64,000 bases of DNA. It comes from Candidatus Uhrbacteria bacterium. Lineage in GTDB: Bacteria; Patescibacteriota; Patescibacteriia; UBA9934. Where the stretch lies: NCBI GenBank assembly GCA_943354605.1, contig CALRCK010000003.1:14902-78901 (forward strand), read 5' to 3'. The notes beneath the pieces were generated by a model that did not search any database, was not told the origin of the DNA, and saw only the letters and a program-made list of their open reading frames with translations. The translations under genes were made by a program, and so were the position numbers. Shown piece after piece: positions 1 to 9,268 of the stretch (position 1 is the first letter of the stretch; each line of letters begins with the position of its first letter).

Positions 1-30
1 CGAGAGACCCTTCACTTCGTTCAGGGTGAC
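1..30. repeat. Right half of a GTCA...TGAC REP-like palindrome, cut by the window edge
   Basis: gagacccttcacttcgttcagggtgac resembles the right arms of the elements at 38234-38305 and 58323-58403. Confidence 0.6.
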
Positions 31-66
31 GTATCCCGAGATTCAAGCGTCAATATCGTACCACGC

Positions 67-396
67 TCACGGCTTCATCTCATCTGCCGTATCGAGAATC
101 ATCCGTTTTGTGAATCCTCCACGTTTTTCGGCGCGCTCCTGTTTTGCCTTGAGAACATCATCGAATGTGAGCCCCTTCGCCTGCGCCATCGCATCGATAA
201 CTTCGAGGACATCCGAAAACTCAGTAAGCGACGGATTCGCGAGCGTCTCCGCAACCTCTTCCGATAGCTTTTCCCGAAGCAACCGATCGTATTCCTCCTG
301 GTCAGCAATATGCCACGTGGCCGCTTCGCCACGACCGATAATGATCTCAGGCACCCGATCTCGGACAAGCTTTCCAAACAACAATGTTTTCGTCAT
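67..396 (-). CDS. Nucleoside triphosphate pyrophosphohydrolase (MazG/PRA-PH-like)
   Basis: KLVRDRVPEII N-terminus, KLSEEVAE..E..DVLEV acidic helix, KRGGF C-terminal motif. Confidence 0.85.
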   Translation of the reverse strand: MTKTLLFGKLVRDRVPEIIIGRGEAATWHIADQEEYDRLLREKLSEEVAETLANPSLTEFSDVLEVIDAMAQAKGLTFDDVLKAKQERAEKRGGFTKRMILDTADEMKP

Positions 397-605
397 AAAC
401 TTTCGATGATACGAAATCGTGGGATCGATTCTCCGTTCACCTCAACTCGCTCCTCGAACATCGCACGCGGACGAATCCACAAACTCGGTTCACCGTCGAG
501 ATGCTTATAAACGACGAATTCTTCCATTGACTCAGAGTGCTTCGCGACTCCAATAACCTCATATTTCCCGCCCTTGAAATGCTCGTAAATTCCTGGGGCA
601 ATCAT
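393..605 (-). CDS. DUF1653 domain protein
   Basis: GIYEHFKGGKYEVIGVAKHSE...VVY...LWIRP..MF signature; start taken at MIAPG. Confidence 0.85.
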   Translation of the reverse strand: MIAPGIYEHFKGGKYEVIGVAKHSESMEEFVVYKHLDGEPSLWIRPRAMFEERVEVNGESIPRFRIIESL

Positions 606-621
606 ATGCCGCCATCCTACC

Positions 622-648
622 AAAAGACTGCCCGGTTGGCAGTCTTTT
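622..648. terminator. Bidirectional intrinsic terminator
   Basis: aaaagactgcc-cggtt-ggcagtctttt just downstream of the 657-1076 ORF. Confidence 0.7.
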
Positions 649-656
649 ATCCTCAG

Positions 657-1076
657 CTATTTCTCAACATTGATCGTAATATCTCGCGTCATTGGCTGAA
701 CTACCTTCATGCTGGCGACGATGTGGTCCCAGTATGGAGATTCGAGATTTTCCCAACGATGCACATTGACGGTGATACCATCGGACGAGAAATTCATTTC
801 TGGCGTTGACTGAGGATTCTCGGCGGTTGGGCAAATGAGATACGCGTTCCCCGCACCAGGATCGAGCGTACACGCCGCTGGAATTTCGAAACTCACAATT
901 CCCCCAATCGTCACCGTTTGCCACGACTCCACACCCGGAGCTTCGGTACCAATCGGCAGCACCACGTCGTCGCTTACCCCAGCGAATCGCATGGACACTA
1001 CGGTAATCACCACCGCAACCGCCATCGTCAGCACCCCGTACACGAATCCCTTCCACACTGGAGAAAGCTTGTTCAT
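657..1076 (-). CDS. Hypothetical membrane-anchored protein
   Basis: N-terminal hydrophobic helix, fits the gene run, followed by a terminator. Confidence 0.7.
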   Translation of the reverse strand: MNKLSPVWKGFVYGVLTMAVAVVITVVSMRFAGVSDDVVLPIGTEAPGVESWQTVTIGGIVSFEIPAACTLDPGAGNAYLICPTAENPQSTPEMNFSSDGITVNVHRWENLESPYWDHIVASMKVVQPMTRDITINVEK

Positions 1077-1095
1077 ATAAGACAGCGTAGCACGA

Positions 1096-1533
1096 TTATT
1101 CAAACTTCCCCATTGATCGAATTTGGCTCACGCCTTCCAAAATTATCTCTTTCATGTTCGGAAGCAGTGGTAACGCATCAATCTCCTTGATCGCGATCCA
1201 TTCTGGAGTTCCCTCGGGGGATGCCTGAATTTCTCCCTCGTAATGTGAGCACATGAAAACTCGCACAGAGAATTCCTTCGCACCATCTTTTCGTTGAATC
1301 AGCGCGCGCCACTCTTTTGGCATCAACACCAAATCCGCAGCATCAACAACCAATCCCGTCTCTTCACGCAACTCCCGAATCGCAGCATCAACAAGCGTCT
1401 CCCCCTCGTCCAGCCTGCCCGCAGGAATACCATACGCCCCATTCATATGCCCCGCAGCCTCCCCATGCCGGACAAGCAGGACATTTCCATTCCGAATAAT
1501 CAGAACACCGACTGACGGAATTACATTCGTCAT
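1096..1533 (-). CDS. NUDIX hydrolase
   Basis: Nudix box GRLDEGETLVDAAIRELREETG; start at MTNVIP. Confidence 0.92.
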   Translation of the reverse strand: MTNVIPSVGVLIIRNGNVLLVRHGEAAGHMNGAYGIPAGRLDEGETLVDAAIRELREETGLVVDAADLVLMPKEWRALIQRKDGAKEFSVRVFMCSHYEGEIQASPEGTPEWIAIKEIDALPLLPNMKEIILEGVSQIRSMGKFE

Positions 1534-1534
1534 A

Positions 1535-1891
1535 TTATTTGAGTACTCTCCACGCTCCATATTTTCCCGCAGCCCAGGCCCAACCACGTTCGCCGTATTC
1601 CGCCGGAGTAATGAATAAAAGGTCTTGCAATATTCCGATAAGGACACCGAGAAATAACGCACAGATCGCTACCGCGATAGGAATGTACCAATCTGACTTC
1701 TTCCGCCAAAGCACAAATACTGCAATGACCGATAGGAAGATTACTCCAAACCAAATGAGTGATGCGGCGAAAGCTATACTAAAAATACCTCCCTGCGTTG
1801 TTGCGCCGGTTGCGCCGTCAAAGATGATGTACGCCCACAGACCGAGAAGAAAATATCCCGCGCACAGTAGGATTTGGGATATTTTCTTCAT
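1535..1891 (-). CDS. Hypothetical membrane protein (about 3 TM helices)
   Basis: MKKISQ start 7 nt after the secA stop; hydrophobic segments. Confidence 0.65.
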   Translation of the reverse strand: MKKISQILLCAGYFLLGLWAYIIFDGATGATTQGGIFSIAFAASLIWFGVIFLSVIAVFVLWRKKSDWYIPIAVAICALFLGVLIGILQDLLFITPAEYGERGWAWAAGKYGAWRVLK

Positions 1892-1898
1892 ACGGAAT

Positions 1899-4703
1899 TT
1901 ATTTCCCATGACACTTCTTGAACTTCTTTCCACTTCCACAATGACATGGCTCGTTTGGACGAGGGTCCTTTGATGTGACGCTCTGGATCCCCGCCTGCGC
2001 GGGGATGACGGAGTCTGAAGGAATAGTGGCAGGATTCGATTCCTTCTTTTCTGCAGGCACATCAATCACTGTTGTTCCGCCGGAGGATTGTTGGGAGAGG
2101 AATTGAACGGCGTTGCGCATGAGCTGAGGAGCAGCTTCGAAGACGGCTTTTGCAGCGAGCTGTTGATCAATAATCTTGAAGAGGTTGTACGCCACTTCGC
2201 GGCCGAGTTCGGAGCGCATCGTGTTGTAGAGGCGGTAAGACTCGCGTTTGTATTCCACCAGCGGATCACGTTGAGCGTAGCCTTGAAGGCCGATAGTGCG
2301 GCGCAGGTACGTCATGTCATCAAGATGCTGCATCCAAAGTGTGTCGTTGGCGCGCAGCAAAATATTGCGTTCAAGCGCCATGAGATGTTTTGCATCGCCG
2401 AATTTTTCTACGGCACCGTCGTATGCGCGGCGAATCGCGCCGTTCACAATTTCAATGACGTGGCTACGCTGATGTGCGAGCTTTTCTTTATCAATGGAAA
2501 GCACCGAAAGCTCTTCACGAATCGCGGAAGACTCTGCGTCTTCGAGCTTCACGATTGCGCTCAAGCTCTCCACAATTTCCTGCGGATCCCAATCCGGCTT
2601 GCCCGTCGCCTCATCCTCAACGAAATCTTTTGGCACGTCGGCCTCTGCTTTGCTCGTATGGAAAAACACCACACGCTCAATTTCCTTTTCAATAATGGAA
2701 TGGACGAGCTCATGCGCCTTTGCTTCGCTCTTCATCACTTCTTTACGCTCGTTGTACACGGCGGTGCGATGCTTGTTCAGCACGTCGTCGTATTCCAACA
2801 CGTGCTTGCGGGTATCAAAGTGATGTCCTTCCACGCGTTGCTGAGACTTTTCGAGCGCACGCGTCACCATCTTGCTTTCGATTGGCGTGGAGTCGTCAAT
2901 GCCAAGTTTGTCCATCATCCCCTTCACGCGATCACTCCCGAAGATACGCATCAAATCGTCGTCGAGTGACACAAAGAATTGCGTGCTGCCCGGATCACCC
3001 TGACGGCCAGCGCGTCCGCGAAGCTGATTGTCGATGCGGCGCGATTCGTGGCGCTCGGTGCCGATCACGTGCAACCCGCCAAGTTTCTTCACATCCTCTG
3101 CCATTGCCGCATCCACCGGGTTTCCACCAAGCAAAATGTCCACGCCACGACCAGCCATGTTCGTTGCGAGAGTGACGGCACCCTTCCGACCAGCCTGCGC
3201 GATAATTTCACCTTCACGCTCGTGATTCTTTGCGTTCAACGTGTTGTGAACAATTCCCGCAGCAGTTAAAAACTTCGAAAGCGCCTCATTCTTCTCAATG
3301 GAAACGGTTCCGATGAGAACTGGTTGTCCGATTTCATTTAGGCGCTTCACCTCCTCAACCACCGCCATCCACTTCCCCATTTCATTTTTGTAAATACGGT
3401 CCGGCAAATCTTTACGTTTTGCTTCGTGGTTCGTTGGAATGGTGACGACGTCGAGCTTGTAAATCTTCGAAAACTCCTCCGCCTCTGTGGAAGCCGTTCC
3501 GGTCATGCCGGAAAGCTTTTCGTACATGCGGAAATAGTTTTGGAACGTAATCGTTGCGAGCGTCTTACTTTCACGCTGAATTTTCACGCCTTCTTTTGCT
3601 TCGATTGCTTGATGCAGACCTTCCGAATACCGGCGACCCTCCATGATGCGGCCAGTGAATTCGTCGACGATCACCACGTCGCCGCCACGAACCACGTAAT
3701 CGCGATCAATCTTAAACAACGAATGCGCCTTCAACGCTTGTTCCGCATGATGCACCATGGCAAGGCCTTCCTCGTACAAATTTTTCACGTTCAGCAAACG
3801 CTCCAACTTCTGCAAACCATTTTCGGTAAACGTGGAGACGCGCATCTTTTCGTCAATGTTGAAATCTTCACCCTCAACACAATGTTTGATGACGTCGGCG
3901 AAACGATAATACAAGTCTGCCGATTCCTGTGCCGCAGCAGAAATAATCAGCGGCGTGCGGGCTTCGTCGATGAGAATGGAGTCCACCTCGTCAACAATCG
4001 CGTAGTGTAATCCGCGTTGCACCACATCCTCAGCACGGCTCGCCATGTTGTCGCGCAAGTAATCAAAACCAAACTCGTTGTTTGTTCCATATGTAATGTC
4101 TGCAGCGTACGCTTCCGATCGCGACACTGGACGAAGCGAATCCGATGCAACGTGGAATCCCGCAACCGTCTCAGCACCTTCTGCTGGAGCTTCGACCTTA
4201 AAGTCTGCGTCGTACACGTAGCCACTTTCGTGCTGAATGCATCCAACGGTTAACCCAAGCGATGCAAACACGCGGCCCATCCATACAGAGTCGCGCTTTG
4301 CCAAGTAGTCGTTCACTGTTACCAAGTGCACGCCCTTTCCGGTGAGCGCGTTCAAATACGTTGGCGCGGTTGCGGTGAGTGTCTTTCCTTCACCCGTGCG
4401 CATTTCTGCGATCGAACCGCGATGCAACGTGAGTCCGCCCATCATCTGTACATCAAAATGACGCTGCCCCAGCACACGCTTGCTCGCTTCACGAACAACA
4501 GCAAACGCCTCATGCGCCATGGAATCGAGCGATTCACCGTTTGCGAGCCGCTCGCGGAACGCTTGTGTTTTCGCCTGTAACTCGTCGGCAGAAAGCGTTT
4601 TGAGGCCATCTTCAAAGGCGGCGATTTTCTCTGCATCTTTCCTGAGATTCTTCACTATTTTTGCGTTAGGATCACCGAAAATCGTGGAAAGGGAGAAGGC
4701 CAT
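1899..4703 (-). CDS. secA: Preprotein translocase subunit SecA
   Basis: MRTGEGKT, DEVDSILIDEARTPLIIS, ATNMAGRG, RIDNQLRGRAGRQGDPG, C-terminal SEC-C motif CHCGSGKKFKKCHG. Confidence 0.99.
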   Translation of the reverse strand: MAFSLSTIFGDPNAKIVKNLRKDAEKIAAFEDGLKTLSADELQAKTQAFRERLANGESLDSMAHEAFAVVREASKRVLGQRHFDVQMMGGLTLHRGSIAEMRTGEGKTLTATAPTYLNALTGKGVHLVTVNDYLAKRDSVWMGRVFASLGLTVGCIQHESGYVYDADFKVEAPAEGAETVAGFHVASDSLRPVSRSEAYAADITYGTNNEFGFDYLRDNMASRAEDVVQRGLHYAIVDEVDSILIDEARTPLIISAAAQESADLYYRFADVIKHCVEGEDFNIDEKMRVSTFTENGLQKLERLLNVKNLYEEGLAMVHHAEQALKAHSLFKIDRDYVVRGGDVVIVDEFTGRIMEGRRYSEGLHQAIEAKEGVKIQRESKTLATITFQNYFRMYEKLSGMTGTASTEAEEFSKIYKLDVVTIPTNHEAKRKDLPDRIYKNEMGKWMAVVEEVKRLNEIGQPVLIGTVSIEKNEALSKFLTAAGIVHNTLNAKNHEREGEIIAQAGRKGAVTLATNMAGRGVDILLGGNPVDAAMAEDVKKLGGLHVIGTERHESRRIDNQLRGRAGRQGDPGSTQFFVSLDDDLMRIFGSDRVKGMMDKLGIDDSTPIESKMVTRALEKSQQRVEGHHFDTRKHVLEYDDVLNKHRTAVYNERKEVMKSEAKAHELVHSIIEKEIERVVFFHTSKAEADVPKDFVEDEATGKPDWDPQEIVESLSAIVKLEDAESSAIREELSVLSIDKEKLAHQRSHVIEIVNGAIRRAYDGAVEKFGDAKHLMALERNILLRANDTLWMQHLDDMTYLRRTIGLQGYAQRDPLVEYKRESYRLYNTMRSELGREVAYNLFKIIDQQLAAKAVFEAAPQLMRNAVQFLSQQSSGGTTVIDVPAEKKESNPATIPSDSVIPAQAGIQSVTSKDPRPNEPCHCGSGKKFKKCHGK
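1983..2009 (-). repeat. 27-bp palindromic repeat inside secA
   Basis: GTCATCCCCGCGCAGGCGGGGATCCAG on the minus strand, translated VIPAQAGIQ. Confidence 0.9.
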
Positions 4704-4750
4704 AGATGGCCAAATTATGCCTGATCTTCGCAATTTTCACAAGGAAACAA

Positions 4751-4781
4751 TGTTGACGAAAAGTCAAAACTTTGCTAACCT
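4751..4781 (+). promoter_or_regulatory. Sigma70-like promoter with TTGAC-N5-GTCAA palindrome (copy 1)
   Basis: TTGACG-17-TAACCT; 19-mer TGTTGACGAAAAGTCAAAA repeated at 5324-5342. Confidence 0.65.
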
Positions 4782-4795
4782 TAGCGCGCCATTCA

Positions 4796-5197
4796 ATGGG
4801 GGCACTCTTGGACACTCTTCTCGAAATGCTTCGTCGTCTCTTCCTCGGCTGTGACATTGAAGTCAGTCAATACGATGGAAAATCTCCGGTCCCGATCGTC
4901 ACGGGCAAGGGGCCCATCGAGGAGATCGGCCCCGGACCCAACCAAACCATCGTCGTGACGACGAAGTGGTTCGGGGAAATGAATCTCAAACAGGGCTCAC
5001 GGGAATACGTGGCTCGCGAGCCCGTGCCGATCGTGATCAAGATGGTGGAGAACATTCAGCCTGACGGCAGCGGAAGATTGATTATTCGCGGCACCGTCAA
5101 TGGAGGAGTGGTCATCATCGTCTTCTTCTCGAAGGCACGGGGGAACATGGATCCTGCAAAGGTCCGTGGAATCGACCCGAAGTTCCTCCGGCACTGA
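4796..5197 (+). CDS. Hypothetical protein (orphan)
   Basis: ORF between a promoter and a hairpin; start uncertain (4796 or 4826). Confidence 0.65.
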   Translation: MGALLDTLLEMLRRLFLGCDIEVSQYDGKSPVPIVTGKGPIEEIGPGPNQTIVVTTKWFGEMNLKQGSREYVAREPVPIVIKMVENIQPDGSGRLIIRGTVNGGVVIIVFFSKARGNMDPAKVRGIDPKFLRH

Positions 5198-5218
5198 AAG
5201 TTCCTCTGGCACCGATCA

Positions 5219-5257
5219 CGAACGCACGCCGCCTCCCCGGAAGGGTGAAGGCGGCGT
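5219..5257 (+). repeat. 39-bp hairpin repeat, probable terminator (copy 1)
   Basis: cgaacgcacgccgcctccccggaagggtgaaggcggcgt, identical to 5933-5971. Confidence 0.85.
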
Positions 5258-5323
5258 TGCTTATTTATTTCACAAAATTCCGAACAACTATATCAATGAC
5301 GTCATATTCTTCTTAAGTAAAAC

Positions 5324-5354
5324 TGTTGACGAAAAGTCAAAAATTGAGCAATAT
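5324..5354 (+). promoter_or_regulatory. Sigma70-like promoter with TTGAC-N5-GTCAA palindrome (copy 2)
   Basis: TTGACG-17-CAATAT; same 19-mer as 4751-4769. Confidence 0.65.
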
Positions 5355-5396
5355 TTGTGCGCCACGGAGGGCACAGTGTCTACGATTTTTCCAGTC

Positions 5397-5930
5397 ATGC
5401 TCATCGGCCTCAGCATCGTTGCCGTTGGGGAATTCCTGCTTCTCGTCGTCATCAGCGGGCACAAATACCGCGTGGAAAAGGATCGCCTCGCGTTCCTCAG
5501 CAAACTCGTGGCCGTGGTGAACAGTCATCGCGGCATGCGTAACAGCTATGCCGCAGGAGCACGACATACCTTACTGCTGTACATCCGATCACTGTACGGA
5601 ATCGAAAAAGCCGAAGCGCTGAGCGCATACATCAGTTGTATTGCGGCGGGGCACGCGTTCCCATCGGACCTCCCCTTCCTCGAGGACGAGAAGGCCGTCC
5701 GGAGCGTGATCCTCAAGCGCAGCGACGCACTCTGGAAAACGATTGCTGAAACAAGCAGTGTCAGTCAGACGTCGGCAGCGACGGCGGAAATGCTCGCATT
5801 CGCCGTTGGCATCATGCCGCCTTCCGACTTTGGCCGTCGCGAGCTGACCGCACAAGAACACAGCGCACTCTGCAGCCACTTCGGACCGCGCTCCGGCGGA
5901 CCACGCGTGCCACACCCCAACGCCAACTGA
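5397..5930 (+). CDS. Hypothetical protein with N-terminal TM helix (orphan)
   Basis: ORF between promoter copy 2 and hairpin copy 2; alternative GTG start at 5376 after GGAGG. Confidence 0.7.
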   Translation: MLIGLSIVAVGEFLLLVVISGHKYRVEKDRLAFLSKLVAVVNSHRGMRNSYAAGARHTLLLYIRSLYGIEKAEALSAYISCIAAGHAFPSDLPFLEDEKAVRSVILKRSDALWKTIAETSSVSQTSAATAEMLAFAVGIMPPSDFGRRELTAQEHSALCSHFGPRSGGPRVPHPNAN

Positions 5931-5932
5931 CG

Positions 5933-5971
5933 CGAACGCACGCCGCCTCCCCGGAAGGGTGAAGGCGGCGT
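5933..5971 (+). repeat. 39-bp hairpin repeat, probable terminator (copy 2)
   Basis: Identical to 5219-5257. Confidence 0.85.
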
Positions 5972-5979
5972 GGTGCATT

Positions 5980-7401
5980 TTACCGGACCAAATTTCTCGC
6001 CACTGTATCAACATCTCCAGCGCCCATCACAATCACCACGTCATTTGGTTGAATCATTTCTCGGAGTTTTGCCTCGGCATCGATTACATCCTTCACGTAA
6101 AAACCTTCTTTCGGTGGATGTGCTGATTTCAGCACTGCATCAAGCAACGTTTTACTGGACACCGATTCGTCTCGCTCTTCTGTACGGCCGAGCACACCGT
6201 AAATTTCGGAAAGGATCAAAACGTCTGCGTCACCAAAGGATCCTGCAAAATCGGCAAAGAGTTCTTTGGTGCGATTATGCTGATGCGGTTCGAAAAGCAA
6301 CACGATTCGGTTCGCCGGAAAAAATTCTCGAGCACCGTCAAGCGTTCCTTTGATCGCGGACGGATGATGGCCGTAGTCCGAAATAATCTGCGCGCCGTTG
6401 AACGATCCAACGCGTTCAAATCGGCGCCAGATTCCAGAGAACGACTCCAGCGACTTCACAATACCCTCGAGCGCAATTCCATAATGCAATCCGATTTCCA
6501 TCGCGCCAAGCGCATTCATCATGTTGAATTCACCAGGAATATGTATCGCGAGTTCGCCGAGAACTTTTTCTGTGCTAAAAATCTTTCTCGTTCTTGCGGT
6601 CAGCGTGAGCGACTGTGTTCCATCATGAAACGTGCGCAAACGCTTTTTCAGTGGACCAATGTGAAAGAATGCAGGCGTGCCAAGCTCCATGCCGAAAAAT
6701 CGCAGCGATGCGGTTCCTTCTCCGCAATAGATGTGGCGATCTTGCTCGAACCAATTCTGAAATACCGTCTTCGACGTTTGTTCGCCAAGGCGATGAAACG
6801 CCGCTTCAACGTCCGCAAGATCTTTATAAATATCCGTATGGTCAAGCTCGATATTTGTGATCAGCGTCGTCTCTGGGTGAAGCTTCAACATCTTTCGCTT
6901 ATACTCATCACCTTCGATGATCAAGATATCACTCGCGCCGACCGCGACATTCCCATACTTCCATCCTGGCACGATCGATCCAACGAACACCGTTGGGTCA
7001 AGCCCGGCGTCGATGAAAATCTTTCCCGTCATCGCTGTTGTCGTCGATTTCCCGTTCGTTCCGGTGATACAGATTGTGCGGTAGTCTTTTGAGAGTTCAC
7101 CAAGAAAATCGAAATGTCCCATCTGCGGAATATTCCTCGCCTTTGCCGCCGCACGCTCCACATTCTCTTCCGTTGCCGCTTCGGTGTATACGATCAAATC
7201 GGTATTTGGTGGAATGTTCGCTGCGTCGTGCCCGATTGATACAGAAATTCCAAGATGAACGAGTCCATCGGTAGTCATCGACTGTTTTGCATCGCTTCCC
7301 GAAACCGAAATACCTTTTGCCAACAAAAACTTCATCACGCCACTGATGCCAATCCCTCCTGCGCCAATACAGTGGACGTGACAATACGAATCGAGCTGCA
7401 T
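5980..7401 (-). CDS. murC: UDP-N-acetylmuramate--L-alanine ligase
   Basis: GAGGIGISG, ITGTNGKSTTT, EGDEY, GIWRRFE, DYGHHP, FEPHQ, MGAGDV motifs. Confidence 0.95.
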   Translation of the reverse strand: MQLDSYCHVHCIGAGGIGISGVMKFLLAKGISVSGSDAKQSMTTDGLVHLGISVSIGHDAANIPPNTDLIVYTEAATEENVERAAAKARNIPQMGHFDFLGELSKDYRTICITGTNGKSTTTAMTGKIFIDAGLDPTVFVGSIVPGWKYGNVAVGASDILIIEGDEYKRKMLKLHPETTLITNIELDHTDIYKDLADVEAAFHRLGEQTSKTVFQNWFEQDRHIYCGEGTASLRFFGMELGTPAFFHIGPLKKRLRTFHDGTQSLTLTARTRKIFSTEKVLGELAIHIPGEFNMMNALGAMEIGLHYGIALEGIVKSLESFSGIWRRFERVGSFNGAQIISDYGHHPSAIKGTLDGAREFFPANRIVLLFEPHQHNRTKELFADFAGSFGDADVLILSEIYGVLGRTEERDESVSSKTLLDAVLKSAHPPKEGFYVKDVIDAEAKLREMIQPNDVVIVMGAGDVDTVARNLVR

Positions 7402-7403
7402 AC

Positions 7404-7811
7404 CTATGCTTCAATTTCATCTTCAACCGCAAGGCCGTCCTCGTCTCCGTCTTCCTCTTCCTCACTTGTGAATACATCGTCGCTCGTTCCTTCAATGCGT
7501 GCATCCATCATCTTTTCCTTCTTATCAATAAGCTGACGTTTCACGTCGTCTTTCGCCTCATCAATCGCTGCATACAAATCGTCGCGCTCCGAATGCGCAC
7601 GAACAACGTCGCCAAGCACCGCCACGTTGATCTCCGCAAAAAAGACATCGCCTTTATTGTGATGCTCGCTTGTTTTTCCTACTTCGATGGCGACGTCGCA
7701 TGGCTCAAAACGTTTTGCAAAACGAGAGACGCTCTCAACCTTTTCTGTGACATAGTTCCGAAGAGCATCCGTAAGATCGATGTTCGTTGCTTGGATTTCG
7801 GTGATACGCAT
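7404..7811 (-). CDS. hpf: Ribosome hibernation factor HPF/RaiA
   Basis: ATNIDLTDALRNYVTEKV...DLYAAID signature; acidic tail. Confidence 0.9.
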   Translation of the reverse strand: MRITEIQATNIDLTDALRNYVTEKVESVSRFAKRFEPCDVAIEVGKTSEHHNKGDVFFAEINVAVLGDVVRAHSERDDLYAAIDEAKDDVKRQLIDKKEKMMDARIEGTSDDVFTSEEEEDGDEDGLAVEDEIEA

Positions 7812-7883
7812 AAAAAGGCATGATGAGTAAGAACACACTATAGTTATACCGCGTTTGGAAAAATGATCAACGACGTTATCCTC

Positions 7884-8852
7884 TTAGAATCCGACGTGCA
7901 TTACTTCTTCTTCTAAATTCACCCCAACTTCTGCAGCAACGTGCTTTTTCACGCGCGTGACGAGACGAAGAATATCCTCTGCGGTTGCGTGGCCTTTGTT
8001 GAGTAAAAAGTTTCCGTGTTGCAACGACACTTCCGCATCGCCGACGGCAGTTCCCTTCAATCCGAGCTTCTCAACAATCCATCCCGCAGGAATACGTTTG
8101 CGATCGATGAATTCCTGGGGAACATCGTACGCCTTCTGGAGCTGCGCGATTTGTGCGTGATCGGTCCACTCAAAGTTTTTAAACATGCATCCTGCGGACG
8201 ACGCGCCAAGCGGCTGCGTTGCCTTGCGGCCAGCAAGATTCTTCTCAATCTGCCCGAGCGCCACGCCGCGATCGCCGACCTCAAGCTTCAGCACAGCATC
8301 GAGCACCACGTCGTCGTTTCCTGGCTCTTTAAGCAAGCTGTGTCGATACGCAAAATGCAAATCGTCATTCGACAACACCAACACCGTTCCGCGACGAAGC
8401 ACGCGAACGGATTCAATAGACTCGCGCATTTCCCCACCAAAACATCCCGCGTTCCCCCGTACCGCGCCACCAATGGTTCCTGGAAGCGAAACGGCCCACT
8501 CGAATCCGCGCAGTCCAGCCTCCGCACTTGCCCGAGCCGCAGCAGAAGAAATCACGCCAGCTTCTGCAAACACACGATCGCCCTCAATACGCATCCCACG
8601 ATTCGCCGCTTTAATCACCAAACCCGGGAATCCATCGTCGGACACCAATGTGTTTGATCCACCACCGAGAATGAAATACTCCACCGCAAAATCTTGCGCC
8701 ATGTTTACGGCATCAATAAGATCTTGCGTGCTTCGTGCCTCCACAAACCACTTTGCTGGCCCACCGATGCGAATGTTCAAGTGTTTCCCCAACGGTTCGT
8801 GCTCTTTGAACTGTACCGCGAACCGTTCACGGAATTTATCGGCAAGGGTCAT
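7884..8852 (-). CDS. murB: UDP-N-acetylenolpyruvoylglucosamine reductase
   Basis: IGGPA, LGGGSN, PGTIGGAVRGNAG, SAGCMFKN, HGNF, LEEEV. Confidence 0.96.
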   Translation of the reverse strand: MTLADKFRERFAVQFKEHEPLGKHLNIRIGGPAKWFVEARSTQDLIDAVNMAQDFAVEYFILGGGSNTLVSDDGFPGLVIKAANRGMRIEGDRVFAEAGVISSAAARASAEAGLRGFEWAVSLPGTIGGAVRGNAGCFGGEMRESIESVRVLRRGTVLVLSNDDLHFAYRHSLLKEPGNDDVVLDAVLKLEVGDRGVALGQIEKNLAGRKATQPLGASSAGCMFKNFEWTDHAQIAQLQKAYDVPQEFIDRKRIPAGWIVEKLGLKGTAVGDAEVSLQHGNFLLNKGHATAEDILRLVTRVKKHVAAEVGVNLEEEVMHVGF

Positions 8853-8854
8853 AA

Positions 8855-9187
8855 TTATCGACGAACGAACATGCGCTCTGCACGCTCTGAGGATTCTCGA
8901 TCGTAATCAGCGAACTTTCGATCGATATACTCTTTCGACGGCATCTCTGCTCGAGTCCGCTCGATCTTTGCATCAAGCCGTTGCTCTACGCCGTCAATCT
9001 TTACGTGGAGTTCGCTGAATCGCTCATCGGTTGACGTCGAGAGATCCTGGATTAACTCAACAACTTCGTCCCGTACATCGTCGATTTTTTTATCGAGACC
9101 GTCGAATCGGCCTTCAAGACCATCGAATCGGCCTTCGAGTGCCTGGATTGCTCTGAGAATATCGTTCGTGGATACTTCGGGTTCCAT
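8855..9187 (-). CDS. Hypothetical coiled-coil protein
   Basis: Heptad repeats LEGRFDG x2; ends 2 nt before the murB start. Confidence 0.7.
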   Translation of the reverse strand: MEPEVSTNDILRAIQALEGRFDGLEGRFDGLDKKIDDVRDEVVELIQDLSTSTDERFSELHVKIDGVEQRLDAKIERTRAEMPSKEYIDRKFADYDRESSERAERMFVRR

Positions 9188-9268
9188 ATAGCAGCTAGAG
9201 TAGCATAAATATCCGACAAAACGGAATTCTTCACAGAAACACGCAAAACGTCTATCCTACGCACATCT

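Noticed and set aside
2088-2969. Long + strand ORF (and similar ones at 8185-9018, 40535-41362, 49123-50040)
   Set aside because: Antisense shadows of well-supported genes with no recognisable motifs.
5219-5971. 39-bp repeats as integron attC sites or CRISPR repeats
   Set aside because: Only two copies 714 bp apart; the second lacks the GTT of an attC core; no intI or cas genes in the window.
9099-9140. 21-nt tandem repeat
   Set aside because: Encodes two coiled-coil heptads (LEGRFDG); not an array.
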